Of a stretch of 64,000 nucleotides of DNA, positions 51,781 through 63,516 are shown piece after piece (the first letter of the stretch is position 1; each line of letters opens with the position of its first letter). A program made the translations under genes and the position numbers. The notes under the pieces are model-generated. The model was not told where the DNA came from. It worked only from the letters and a program-made list of their open reading frames with translations, and did not search any database. Origin of the DNA: Spizellomyces punctatus DAOM BR117 (taxonomy: Eukaryota); NCBI GenBank assembly GCA_000182565.2, contig KQ257453.1; one strand, 5' to 3'.

Positions 51781-53520
51781 AGTGGGGTTCCCCATTGCGG
51801 AAGGCACGACCGATGGACCTTGAACAGGAGGCGATGGCCCAGGATCTCCTGCGGCCACTTGACTTGGTGCGCAGGGATATCCCTGCGCTCCTCCTTGTTC
51901 GGAGGATGCCACGGGATATCCCGTGTGATGGCCGAGAACGGTCGTGAATGGGAGTTGCTGCGTTGAACTTGTCGGCGTTGGGTTTACGAGACTGAGTGGA
52001 CCTGCAGCATGTGTTGCGGACGAACCGGGAGACCTCGGGAAATTGCTTGCAGTGGACGTAGCGGTCGGAGGCCAGCCGTGAACGTGGAGTTCAGTTGGTT
52101 GTTGGGGTACCCCGTTGAAGTGGGGTTTCCCATTGTGGAAGGCACCACCGATTGACCTTGAACAGGAGGCCTTGCCGTGGACGTAGCCGTCGGATGGGTG
52201 TTTGCTTGATATCCGTGGCCCACATAGAAGTTTTGTCGACCGGGAGGAGGGGCTGTAGCGGACCTCTAGGATTGAAAGTTGGGCTGTTGAGGGAGATGTT
52301 TGCAAGCTGTCCACTTATTGGAACCAGGGCGTTGGCGTCGCTGTCCGAGCGCCTGCTGATGGGAGATCTTTGGGCTACCATAGCTGACGCCTGTTCGCTT
52401 GCGATGCTGGACGGAGATCCTTGGATTACCCCAGTTGGCCTTGGTTCGTCAATTGCGGTCGTGTACTAAACTGGAGACAATCAGTATGTGATTCCAGAAA
52501 ACCCCATTCTCGGCCCGAGGCGACTGCAGGGCACGCCGGCCCGCTTCAGGAGTCTCAAATAGAGTCATTCCATCACGACAACGACGTGTCTTCCTATTGT
52601 ACACCGGATGGAAACCCATTGCACGTAGCCGACCCTGTCCCAACCATTCCAAGGCATTCCAAACCGTCCCCTTTGTCACATTGGGGTCCCCTCTTTTGAA
52701 GAAGACTTGCTGATTGAAATGGAGGTCCCTCACTTGGAATGGTCACGTTCACTGTGGCCTGGTTTGAAATTGACTGCTGAAGAGAGTGAACTTCTAGAAG
52801 AGATTTGGTTGCTCGATCTGCCTTTTCTTGTTGACAATCCGAGTGGACTCGCCTACGCAGTTGTCGTGGATCCAATGTCCTTTTTGCCTGCTTACTGTCG
52901 GTTGTCAAGCCTATATGAAAAGCATGGATTTCGACGGTTCAGCGCCATCCCACTTCGCCGCTCCCTCATCCAAAGCCATATTCGCATCGACACAGTCATC
53001 CTGTACCAGCATATCCTTGGCATCACGCGACAAGAACAAGGTGTCCAAGTTTCGCAGCAGGATCCGGCGATCCTCTGGGTCAGTTGCGGTCGCCAGCATC
53101 TGCAAATACCATTGGATTATCTCGTTTCGGGTAAGGCCGGATGGTCTTGGTGACGAGGGCCCAGGATCTCCTGCGGCCACTTGACTTGGTGCGCAGGGAT
53201 ATCCCTGCGCGGCTCCTGAGGATTCCACGGGATACCCCGTGTGATGCCCGACCACGGTCGTGAAAGGTAATTGCGGAGGTGCAGCCGCATGTTGAGCCGA
53301 CGAACCGGCCGACCCCGGACATTGTTTGTAAATATATATACGGGCCCTTGAAAAGGAGGAATTGCCGGGGATGTCCCCGGCATGGGGTTTTCAACGGGGT
53401 TGTTGCTTGTCGCCGATGATCCTGCGGCTGCTGCTGTATTGGTATTGGCAGGAGGTGTTCCAGAGAAGAATTTTATCAGGCCCGGAGGTGGTATTGTGTC
53501 GGATACCCGAAACATCAACA
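51706..53520 (-). pseudogene. Internally duplicated, fragmented paralog of the same unknown family
   Basis: GHHTGYPV..GAQGYPCAPSQVAAGDPGPS occurs twice (51835-51950, 53158-53265); QGPSVVPSAMGNPTSMGYP occurs twice (51760-51830, 52097-52170). Confidence 0.45.
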
Positions 53521-53723
53521 GGACCCAGGCTGATTACAAGTGGCATAGAGTGAGTAAGCCAAGTGTTTGTTCTTGGGTATATGACATGGCAATAACTTTC
53601 AATCCTAGAGGTCCGCTACAGCCCCTCCTCCCGGTCAACAAAACTTCTATGTGGGCCACGGATATCAAGCAAACACCCATCGGACGGCTACGTCCACTAC
53701 AAGGCCTCCTGTTCAAGGTCAAT
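52151..53723. repeat. 130-bp inverted repeat pair (52151-52280 / 53594-53723)
   Basis: Base-by-base comparison shows 4 mismatches in 130 bp. Confidence 0.95.
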
Positions 53724-54924
53724 GGGATCTTACTCGTCAACGCGATGCCCTTCTGACACTCTCGTGCCTTTGTTTGTTTTGCCCTCGTTCGCAACCAAAA
53801 CTTGCTTTCTCTGCTACGTTGGTAAATGCCGGGGCCCCACTACACCTCACAAGCGATTTATCGCTGATCTAAAGCAGAGGGAGAGTGATTAGCAGTGGGT
53901 TCTTCCTGGGCACGGCCATTGTGCGTGGTCAAGACGATGTTTACGCATTGGTGCTGTATGGAGGAGTTGGTACATATGGGAGGGGGAAGGTGGCGGATAT
54001 GTTAAGACATCTGGTGGGGTGGTCGGGCCGCCTTTGGGGACGGGTTTCCTTACTTACTTGAAATGTACGTGCAAGAGGGTGGGCAGACTAAATAGATCTA
54101 TATTTATAACTAGTGTGAACTCGTGCCTGCAATGCACTTGACAAAATAACTGAAAAATACAGAAGATGCAGTTTATTTATATCCTATGGAATGAAATCAA
54201 CCAATGCTACGCTTGTCCGGCGAATAGGCCGATAGGAGTTGTATATTAGCGTTCTCGCATGCATGTCATTTCCAACATTTGCCTCACACGGCAATGCAAC
54301 GACCTGTGCAAGCCTATCTCTGAAGAGAATGCCGAGGCAAAAAGGACCTTAAGAGGCCCGTCACGTTGCTGGCATCAATTGCACAAAACAATTGCGTCTG
54401 GTTTCAAAAGGACGAGTTGGGAGCTCTCGGCGAAGACGGATCTTTGGGCAAAAGATGCAAAATGCCGGGCTTGCCAGCATGGTACACGGGAAATCTATTG
54501 TGGGTGCTCATCCATACAATCGCCCACCAGACGCTGTCACTGTGGATGGTGGGCGTTCGAATGCAAGATTGTCGTTCATTGTATGCATCAATAACGCCCT
54601 CCAAGTCGCCATGTCACTATCCACCACCGCCTGATAGCGCTTTATTTAATTTGTGACAATATCATGGCTTTTTCTATGCATAATGTTTCCTCTATATGGA
54701 TTCTGCAGCACGCTCGGCAAATATTTGCCGCAGGTTTGAAAGAAATGGGTCAAAGCTGTCGGCCATGTCTAAATTGGATGTAGGGGTTTATGGACCGGTC
54801 TGATCACCGATTAGCGAGTACCAGCACCATGACATTACGCACGTCAGTTTCGATCGCCAAAGGTGGAGCAGTTATACTCGAGCGAAGGCTTGTGAAAAGG
54901 CTTGATGAAGGTTGGAGGAAGCTC

Positions 54925-54990
54925 GAGAGAGGTAAAACGAGGGAAGTTAAAACGAGGCGAGTTAAGACGAGGGAAGGTTAAGACGAGACA
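54925..54990. repeat. Short tandem repeat, ~15-bp unit x4
   Basis: GT(A/T)AA(A/G)ACGAGG(G/C)(A/G)A-type units. Confidence 0.75.
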
Positions 54991-55329
54991 TCTCCAAAAT
55001 CTAATCAAAACAAAGCGAAGCAATGGAGATTTTGGGTTTGGTTAGACGACGCATTGAGGAATAGTGAGCAGTAAACATCTACAGGTGCATGATTTTTGCG
55101 TACTAATCACCCGTCACTTTTAGCATTACTTGTGAACTCTGTTCGGAAAGGATGCGTGATCCGACTGTTTGCTCCAGTAAGTCCGCCGTTTGTATACCTC
55201 ATTGCAGACACATCCATTTACTGTACATTTGCAGATTGCTCGGTTGGAGTTTGTCAAGATTGCTTGGAGGTAAGTTGTGCTTTACTATGTGAAACTCTGA
55301 TTCAAATTGATGTCTTGTCATGGTATACA

Positions 55330-55755
55330 GAGGAGTTCAAATCAATCGTCCTGTCCAACCTGTGGAGCAGAGAGTGAACTCGAGTCCTATCCGATACGCT
55401 GCTTCTTAGAGGAGGTACTGTCGCTTTTTCTTTTTTTGGGCAATGCATTCATTGACCACAATTTTGATAGATCCTGGACTTGATTGACGACTGTCAAGTT
55501 GAGGAAGGCACGGGAATCCCCCAAGGCGAGCATATTTCAGGCTGGGCGGCAGATCCCCCCACCAACCCCGCAGGATGGTTCTCCAGCCAGCGCTCTGCGT
55601 CGGGAGATCCCGACATTACCACTCAACTATTACGGTCCGGGGAGAGGCATAGGGCCCTCAAAGTCCAATATATCCAATCTCGCCTGCTCACGGAAAGCGA
55701 CCCCCAAATTCGCCGAGAACTGACACGGCAACTAGACAGCCTTCTCCTAGGCTAG
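55330..55755 (+). CDS. 3' exons of a small hypothetical gene of the same unknown family
   Basis: Family-type intron 55415-55470; last exon ends QYIQSRLLTESDPQIRRELTRQLDSLLLG*. Confidence 0.45.
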
Positions 55756-55934
55756 TCCCTTTGAAAATTTGTTCTTTTGCTCGATATGTAACTATTTGCT
55801 TGTAATTAGTTGATTGCTTAATTTGTACGAAAATCGAGAGAGCAGTATCAAATGTATAAGTAATAAAACAAGAATTGTGCAAGCTATAGAATGAACAGTG
55901 GACTGTATGCAGGTGACCTCGCTCCGTCTGAGAT

Positions 55935-58119
55935 TTACAAGCCATCCCCATCTTCGCTCCCTTCTCCTTCCGGGTTATCACTTGCCTCCTCGTCGTCGTT
56001 GTCATCGTAATCACTCTCATCATCATCCTCCTCCTAAAGACGAGCGGTATAAGCACGAGTTGCAAGATACGCACATTTGCAAGGCCAGCCAGAGTCAAAG
56101 TACCTCATCCTCGAAATCAGAGACTTCCTCAACATCCATACCGTCAACAGCATCTTCATCTCCATCCTCCTCCTCTTCATCTTCCTCATCATATACCACC
56201 AAAGCTTCATCCTCTTGAACCTCCCCATTAGCGCCCGCGTGATTACGTAGGGCAATCTGTGACACGACCAAATCTAGTCGTCCAGAGAGGCGAAGTAGCT
56301 TTTGAAAAACGCTTGCTCGAGAGTCGATGGTTTGGTACAAGGCGCCAAGGTTGGCAGCAAGATTTGGAACCTAACAGTAATATGTCAGGTGATGGACAAT
56401 CCACAGAAAGATTCAATTTCAGCGTCGAACTATGATACTTACAGACATGAGATAACCCGCGTGCACTAGTACGACAGCCCTGACCCATTCAATCAGCTCC
56501 CGCGCTCGATTGGGCCTTCTTTGCAAGCGCAACATTAACTGGTCCAATAACGGAAGAACCTGGCTGGGAGGTAGTCTTCGAACAGTAGCCACAATCATAT
56601 TGGTGTCGTGAACTTGCAGAGCTTGCTCCAAAAGTTGAACATCGTTGGTATGTATCGCCTGTGAAAGCATTTGATGGAGGGAATTCGCGGTTGGGGGACG
56701 TGCAGGCTTGCCAGGCTTGGCTTCCGATGCGGGCGTGACGACCAAAGCGGATAGGCGCTCCTCCAGGGTAGGTTCCTTTAATGCAGCCTGCTCGTCGCGA
56801 GTAAGCATGTCAGGATCTGCCATCATGGTGTTACTGTCAGCCGGAAGATCAGCTGCACCCAAAACGAGAACGTCATCTTCCTTGTAGCGGGTCTTCAAAT
56901 CCTTCTGCGCTTGGTCGACGAGAGCTTCCTCATCGATGAGAAGAGACGTGACAGGTTTGCGGCTTAGTGTCGTCTTCTCAATGATCTTGCCCTCGTCACT
57001 CAAGTATTCTACACGTTCAAAAATTGGTTTGACGACATTACCCCGAGCAAAGAGAATTTTCTCGTCCGAGAATGTGGCTGTCAAGATCGGTAGTCGCTCC
57101 TTTGCATCCTTATCCGAGGACGAAACAATCGACAACACGCCCTGCGCTGGTCTTGCAAGATTTGATTGCTTTTTCTTTTTCTTCACTGGTGTTGTCCCAT
57201 CCTTTTGGTCAACCTTGTCCCACAAATAAACAATCCCCTCTTCCGTCAATGCCAAAACCTGATTTCCGCCAGAAATCGCGATATTTGTTGGCGCAGAGTC
57301 CATCGTCAATGAAGTAACATGGTCACTGGTGCCTTCTAAGCCTGTATCCCACACACTGATATGCCGATCGTCCTCCGCTGCTGTTACGCAAAAGCTATCA
57401 CTCGGGCTGAACTGTATACGAATCACTTCAGATGCATGGCCGGGATATGTGCGAATGACTTCTCGTGTTCCGATATTCCAAAGTTTGATTGCATGTCCCG
57501 CGGATATCAAGCGTGTGCAATCGTGGCTTACTCTCACCCGCCGCACAGGTTTGCCATCTGATACAAACCTGCCCAGTTCAGTTCCAGTTCGCACATCCCA
57601 TTCAACCACTATTCCATCGACTCCACCAGAATATCCTTTCACACCATCCCCTGCAAATGCAAAATCTGACACACTAGCCGTGTGTGCACCTGCCAAGGTC
57701 CTTACAACTTTTCCATGCGCCAACGAGTATAATTGAACCTCCCCAGTCGACAGACCGATCGCAACCACCTTGTGACTCTGTGACGCGGCCGCACCAGATC
57801 TTCTTCTCTTTTTCTTCTTTTCAGCGCCGTCCACGCCCTCGCCAACAGATCCCCAAGCTACTGCAGTACAAGTCACACCGGCTGGTACGACGTGTTCGGC
57901 CGCCAAGCTAGACGTCCTAGTGTCCCATATCCGTAGCCTGAAAGCATCGACGCCTTGGGCAACGACAGCGAAATACTGACTTGAACTCGCTTCTACGGTG
58001 CTACTGTCATTATCAAAAGCGGAGAGCGAAAAAGCCACCGCTTGGTGCAATTCCTGCTGAAGCTGTTGCTGCTTGACCGCTTGCTCGGAGAATTGCGATG
58101 ATTTACGTTTCGAAGGCAT
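55935..58119 (-). CDS. UTP5: U3 snoRNA-associated protein Utp5/WDR43 (WD40 + Utp12 domain + acidic tail), 3 exons
   Basis: RLRIWDT, WD repeats (GHASEV, AEDDRHISVW), Utp12 domain (SLHQMLSQAIHTND..LLE, TVRRLP, WVRAVVLVHAGYL, LLRLSGRLDLV), D/E-rich tail. Confidence 0.9.
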
Positions 58120-58629
58120 AATGATAAAGGGTGCACACTGTTAAGTTATGTATGTTCTTCTTGCTGCGTATGTCGGGGTTTACGCAAGAACGCAAGTCAG
58201 GGGACGGGGGAGAATGGAAATCAGGGTGCCGGTATTGCAAAGCTTCCCCTTCTGAATATCGCCAAACAGATAATATGGCACAATGAAACTTGAGTTCGGC
58301 TTCTCCTTTCTGCAGGATCTCGCAATTAATGCATGCCAGCACAGCACAGACGGGTTTACATGCAATCTGCTAATCGAAAACGACTTGAACAAAAACAAAA
58401 ATATTATATCACGTGATTAATCTCATTTATCCTATTTAGGGTAAATCGAAATTCAATGTGCCCGTTGCGCCTGCGAACGTTGCCAGCCGCTGTCATACCA
58501 GGCTACCTTCCTAGCCGTTCAGCTCCCATGCAAAGTAGTTGATCTCACTTGCGCATAAACGTATGAATTCAACTGCACAAGATATATGAGTATGAATTAT
58601 AATTTTTGATGAGTGCGTCGCCTTATCGC

Positions 58630-58701
58630 GGTTCCATGGTGTAGTGGTTAGCACTCAGGACTTTGAATCCTGCGACTCGAGTTCGAATCTCGGTGGGACC
58701 T
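58630..58701 (+). tRNA. tRNA-Gln (anticodon TTG), identical to the 40365 copy
   Basis: Same 72-nt sequence. Confidence 0.97.
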
Positions 58702-58848
58702 TTCGTGGATGAGCCAAATCTTTTGCAGGGCTTCGTTTCCCTACTCGCAAGATGCATAGAATAACAAAACTTTTTGACATTGTAAATTACATAGTGACAT
58801 AAAGTTCTTGAGTGTAGTGTTTAAGTACTATTTACCCATGAGTTGCTT

Positions 58849-61783
58849 CTAGATTGTCATATACTAGAGAAGGGGAATCGTTGAGAGTTCCATACGATGT
58901 AAACAGGCCATGACATCCCAGACTCACCTTGTATCGCGTGCCTTTGATGGGAAAAACTACTAGGGACGCCAAAAACAGGCCGATTCCAATACTCATCCCG
59001 ATCATCAACATTTGAAAAACTACTTGGACCGCATTCGTAGCATTTGATCCGAAAAATCCCAGAGTCGCTCGTACGCCCATGCTTCCCGGCACCATCATAA
59101 CAATCCCGCAAATAATGGCCGGAACGGCCACATCCTTTGTCCATCTGGCGTAGATATTAGCGCTCACGCCGATTGCGAATGCAGAGATAATGTTTGGTAC
59201 AATTTGTCCGGTAGCGGTTTGAAAGGATGGTGGTATTGAGAGAACCAAGTACATCACCCATCCAAGAGTTGAAATAATGGATATGTGAAGAAATTGCGGT
59301 CGGCGGGCTTGAAAGTTAAGGATAAAGCAGGCACAAAGCGGCGGAAAGAAAAGGAAATTCCATAGTGGGTGGAGAGGTCCTGGGCAAACCGGTGTACTGG
59401 TGTCGAGATCATCAGGCCCCCACGTTACGAGAGCTCGTCCCGTCGAGATACCAAAGCCCAACATCATGGCTGCAACAAAGAAAATGTAAATCATCTGCAA
59501 GAAGGTACATTTAGCATGCCCACATAAGGGCCTACCGTGGAATAGTGCAAAGAAAACTCGAACAGTTCCTGAAACGATATTCCGAGTGGCAATCTCGATC
59601 ATAGATACAGTGATTGACAAACCCTACATCGGGAGAAGGAAAATCGGTCTTCGTTTTTCGACAATCAATGAAAGGAAAAAACATAACCCACTACGTACCG
59701 GCAACATCATGACAATACCGCTCAGAACCACCGACACATGGTTATAACAAATTTCAGGTCGGTGAGATCGGAGAGCTGCAAACACTACGCGAGACATGAA
59801 GCTGCAAAATGTCGCCGACAGGAAGGGAACTAGGTGGGTAAACTCGCGAAATCTGTTGCAGGACGAGACATTAAGAAATGCCACCAAGACTAAAGCGTCA
59901 AGTAGAGGCAAAATGACCGAACCTACTACTGCTCAAAAGGCTGAATCCACCAACTGCTAATCCTAAAACCGCTGAAACCGCGGCGTCCAACCATCCAGCA
60001 CCGAAACCGATCAAGCATAGCGTAAAGGATATCATGGGATCTATTAAATGTGTTCATTAGGAAATCTGCATCAGAGGGCCCACCGGAAGAATTTCCACGA
60101 GTGTTATCCAGGACTCACATGTAATCAGATCATACCAGGGTGGATAATCTGGCTCGCTGGCAATTTCCGCCAATCTATCGATTGCGCCGAAAATATCAAT
60201 CTCCCCAGCTATAAGGTTACGGCAAAGGTAATTGACCAGCGACAGTTTGTGCATATGCCAGGATTGTCCGACTTTGATAAGGTGGGTCGATGATGTGTGA
60301 TCCTCGTCGCCAAAGGACACCCAAATGACGCCTGTCGAAGGAGCGTCAGGCATGGTAATCTTTTTGAATAATGCCCTGGGTACGTACCGGGAATGACGAC
60401 GAAGCTCCCCGGCTGCTCCAAAGCTAGAGCCACCAGCTCTAACTGATATTCAATTCTGTGGCTCGGAGCCCCATATCTTGCGAACGCTTTGGCAAGTCCC
60501 ATCAAAAAGTCTCTTGTTTTCACGCGCTGGGCTTTGCTCATGCCAGTGAACATGGTCGCGGTAGATTTCCACCGTCTCTTCAAAGGAGTTTCAGCACCAT
60601 AGGTTTCCGTGTTTCTATTGGGCGCATCACCGTATATTTGTTCATGGAGAGAAAGAACTTCGTCTGCTGTCATTGATGTGCTACGTTCAATGTCTTGCTG
60701 ATGGGGAAGGGGGTTTGCTGATGACATGGCCGAGATTGGTTGCGCAAGTTTCGACGATGATGTGTAAGCACTGGAGCGGCGCACGGGCAGATGGTGAAGG
60801 CTTCCATTAATGCTATATCGTCGTCCAGCGTGCATATCATGAACATCTGGCATTGATCCACATGTAAGACAACGGGATAGGTGACTGCCGTGCGTATGTT
60901 CCTCTGGAGGCAGATCAGGTCCAAAGAAGCTAGGAATCGTAGGCAACGGATTCTTGAATCCTGTCGATGAAGTATGGCTAATTCCATTATTTCCGTTATT
61001 GACATTTGTACTGCTAGAGTTTGGGTCTGCCATTCGTCGGGGGAGTGAGCCGGTGCGATGTAACATGTCTGACGTTGAGATATGCTGATGCAATCGTCTT
61101 TGCATCAGCATATGGTGCAAGCTATCGTTCCGATGTCTTGCTGTATTCAACATTTCGAAACTATTTGCTGAAGGAACTGCTGGTGATGAGTCTGCTGGTG
61201 GTGATTCTGGTGGTGAAGCTGTTGGTGATACTGTTGGAGATTCTCCTGGTGACCCTCCCTCGCTTGTTCCTCCTGCCGGTGCTGCACCTGGCGGAGCACT
61301 TTTTGAGGTTGGTCCAGCGTCATTGTTATCCAGATTTGCAGCACTCGAAGTCTTGCCGCCGGTCCCGCTGGTTTGATCTCCAGGTAATTGAAATCTTACC
61401 CTTGCATCACTAGCAACGGACGGTCGAGACAATGAGTCTGAAGAGGATAGAATCGAGGTGGGTGACAACCTCCCAGATTCGCTACCATTGGATGACAAGG
61501 AATCCGAGGACGTCTCATCGGGACTCCGGACCAAGTTGTCCAAAGAGCCAAATGCACTGCACGTTGCATCGCTAGCGGTGCTGCTCCGTCCTTCCTTGTA
61601 TGTCTCGTTGGCTCCACTCGATGTTTGGTGTTTGGACGACAAACTTGCCGGCCCCACCAAACTATTTGCATCTGTGCGAGCAGAACCTAAAGAACGTCGG
61701 CGAATTTGGTTCATGGCGGAATCAATATTGACAACAAGATCATCGGAAATATTGGACGAAGTGGCATAAAGTTTAGGATCCAT
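58849..61783 (-). CDS. ThrE/DUF1212-family (Prm10-like) multi-pass transporter with long disordered N-terminus
   Basis: FLMGLAKAFARYGAPSHRIE, VSFGD..HTSSTH, LSGIVMMLPG.SITVSMIEIATRNIVSGTVR, GIVMMVPGSMG, GMSIGIGLF..S.VVFP. Confidence 0.85.
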
Positions 61784-62260
61784 TTTCAAGTTTGCCAAGA
61801 GAAAGTGGTTTCGTAACCCATGGTTAACAGCAAACAAGAAGTCAGAAGGGACATTTCCCTTGTTTACGTTGGTTTTCATTTATGACTCTCCGGCCCTTGT
61901 TTTCCTCTTGAAAGCAACCGATGTCCTGTCTCTCCATGACATCAGGATCTCTAGCCGAAAGGCCGGACGTCAGATTCATCGAGAACAAAAGAAAGGGTAG
62001 ACTTAAAATGGTGCATCCGCTTTGCGTTGCCATTGTTCATGTAAAGAATGCCGTATTTTTAGTGAAATGCAGCTATTAAAAGCGCGCGGATAAATGCGGA
62101 CAGGTCGTTTTTATACCATCCCGGCAGATAATGTTCTGCAGACGTCAGGAATACTTCCTCTGGAAGTATTTCAACTCCTTTTTGTAGTCATCTCCTCTCT
62201 CTTGAAAGACTTCAGACACTTTCGTTTTGGTTTCAGTTACTAGCACTGCTTACCGCCTTA

Positions 62261-63067
62261 ATGTCTGTCGAAGAACCCAGTATCCACTGCTCCAATCCAT
62301 TCCACAGCCTTTCGTATTCCTCCCACTATACACCCCAAGTCCCCACTCACAATGACCCTATTATAAGCCAGCTTCTTTCACATCGGGAACAAATGACCGA
62401 CGTCTCTGACGCCGACGAGCAAGAACGGCAACGACGAATGTATACCATGCTCCGCCACTCTCGTAAATATAAAAAGATACAAGTGGAGCTCGCCAACGGG
62501 CGATGGGAAAGCAGTAATCAGGAGTCAGCGCAAGTTTCCATTGAAGGGAACGAGATCACAGCAGCATTGCTTCAATTGGGTGATTTGGAAGGTAGCGCAA
62601 GAGCAGCGTTTCCTCCACCATCCCTGTTGGAAAGTACGAACCCTTCGGGTCGCGAAAGACAGGCTAGCGGAAACTCTGGTGGCAGCAAAGCAGGAAGCCG
62701 CTGGGTCTCGTTTTCAGAGACGGTCGTCGTCATTCGACAACCTCCTGGGCGCATTGCTACAAAGTTGAACGAAAGCGACGAATCGCTTGCCGAGTCTCCT
62801 CGTGACAGCCAAAGTACGGAGACGTCAGTAGTGTCGATTTCAAGTGACGCGAGTAGCAATAGCGAGATATCACCCGCGAGCAATGCAAGCAGCAATAGCG
62901 ATTCTGAGAAAGTGATAGAACCAGCATCTGGTATCGCCGGCAAACTAGACAATGACCTGTCGAAGCACCCAGCGAGCCACGCTGTTCCAGCAATCAGATC
63001 TGGTCGTCGCAAGAAGTTGCGTTTCAAGGCAATAGCAACCAAACTACTTGGTCGAAAGCGTACTTGA
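62261..63067 (+). CDS. Hypothetical Ser-rich protein (268 aa) with RVxF-like motif and basic C-terminus
   Basis: Intronless ORF with ATG; RWVSFSETVVV and RRKKLRFK. Confidence 0.6.
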   Translation: MSVEEPSIHCSNPFHSLSYSSHYTPQVPTHNDPIISQLLSHREQMTDVSDADEQERQRRMYTMLRHSRKYKKIQVELANGRWESSNQESAQVSIEGNEITAALLQLGDLEGSARAAFPPPSLLESTNPSGRERQASGNSGGSKAGSRWVSFSETVVVIRQPPGRIATKLNESDESLAESPRDSQSTETSVVSISSDASSNSEISPASNASSNSDSEKVIEPASGIAGKLDNDLSKHPASHAVPAIRSGRRKKLRFKAIATKLLGRKRT

Positions 63068-63516
63068 GCGAATAACATCATTAATGGCCCTAGCCTTTCG
63101 TCATATGTGACTTAGAAGTGTATATAAATGATCTACCTATTGCTGATAGTTTTAACTCTTAATGCTTCATATATCTGGAATAAGTAACTCTCTGTGTTAA
63201 TCTAACGTTGGCTATCGAGTTGATGCCATGGTCCATGGTGATAAACTGCAGAATGGCGAAGAAAATGTCCGGCAAACAATGTTGAACTTTTGAAAGTCAC
63301 GGCTACACTGGCTCGGCCAACTTAATCCAAAATCAACCCAAATTACAAATTGCTAAATATCAAGCGCAAACGAATTCACAATATGGGATATCATAAAAAG
63401 ACTAAATCCACAAAAGAAGGCACGGCCAACCTTTCACCATTCCATGGCAAAAGTACCCCAAAGACACCCACAATAAGCGACACTAGGACCTTCCTTCAAC
63501 TCGATCCGCGTCCTAC

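Noticed and set aside
47870..54990. CRISPR-like reading of the short tandem repeats
   Set aside because: No unique spacers, only 2-4 units, no cas genes, eukaryotic context.
33162..55800. Starship or autonomous transposon
   Set aside because: No tyrosine recombinase, DDE transposase, RT or integrase motif recognised in any listed ORF.
1..58119. UTP21 and UTP5 as a ribosome-biogenesis cluster
   Set aside because: 55 kb apart with many unrelated genes between; no clear shared RRPE/PAC-like motif.
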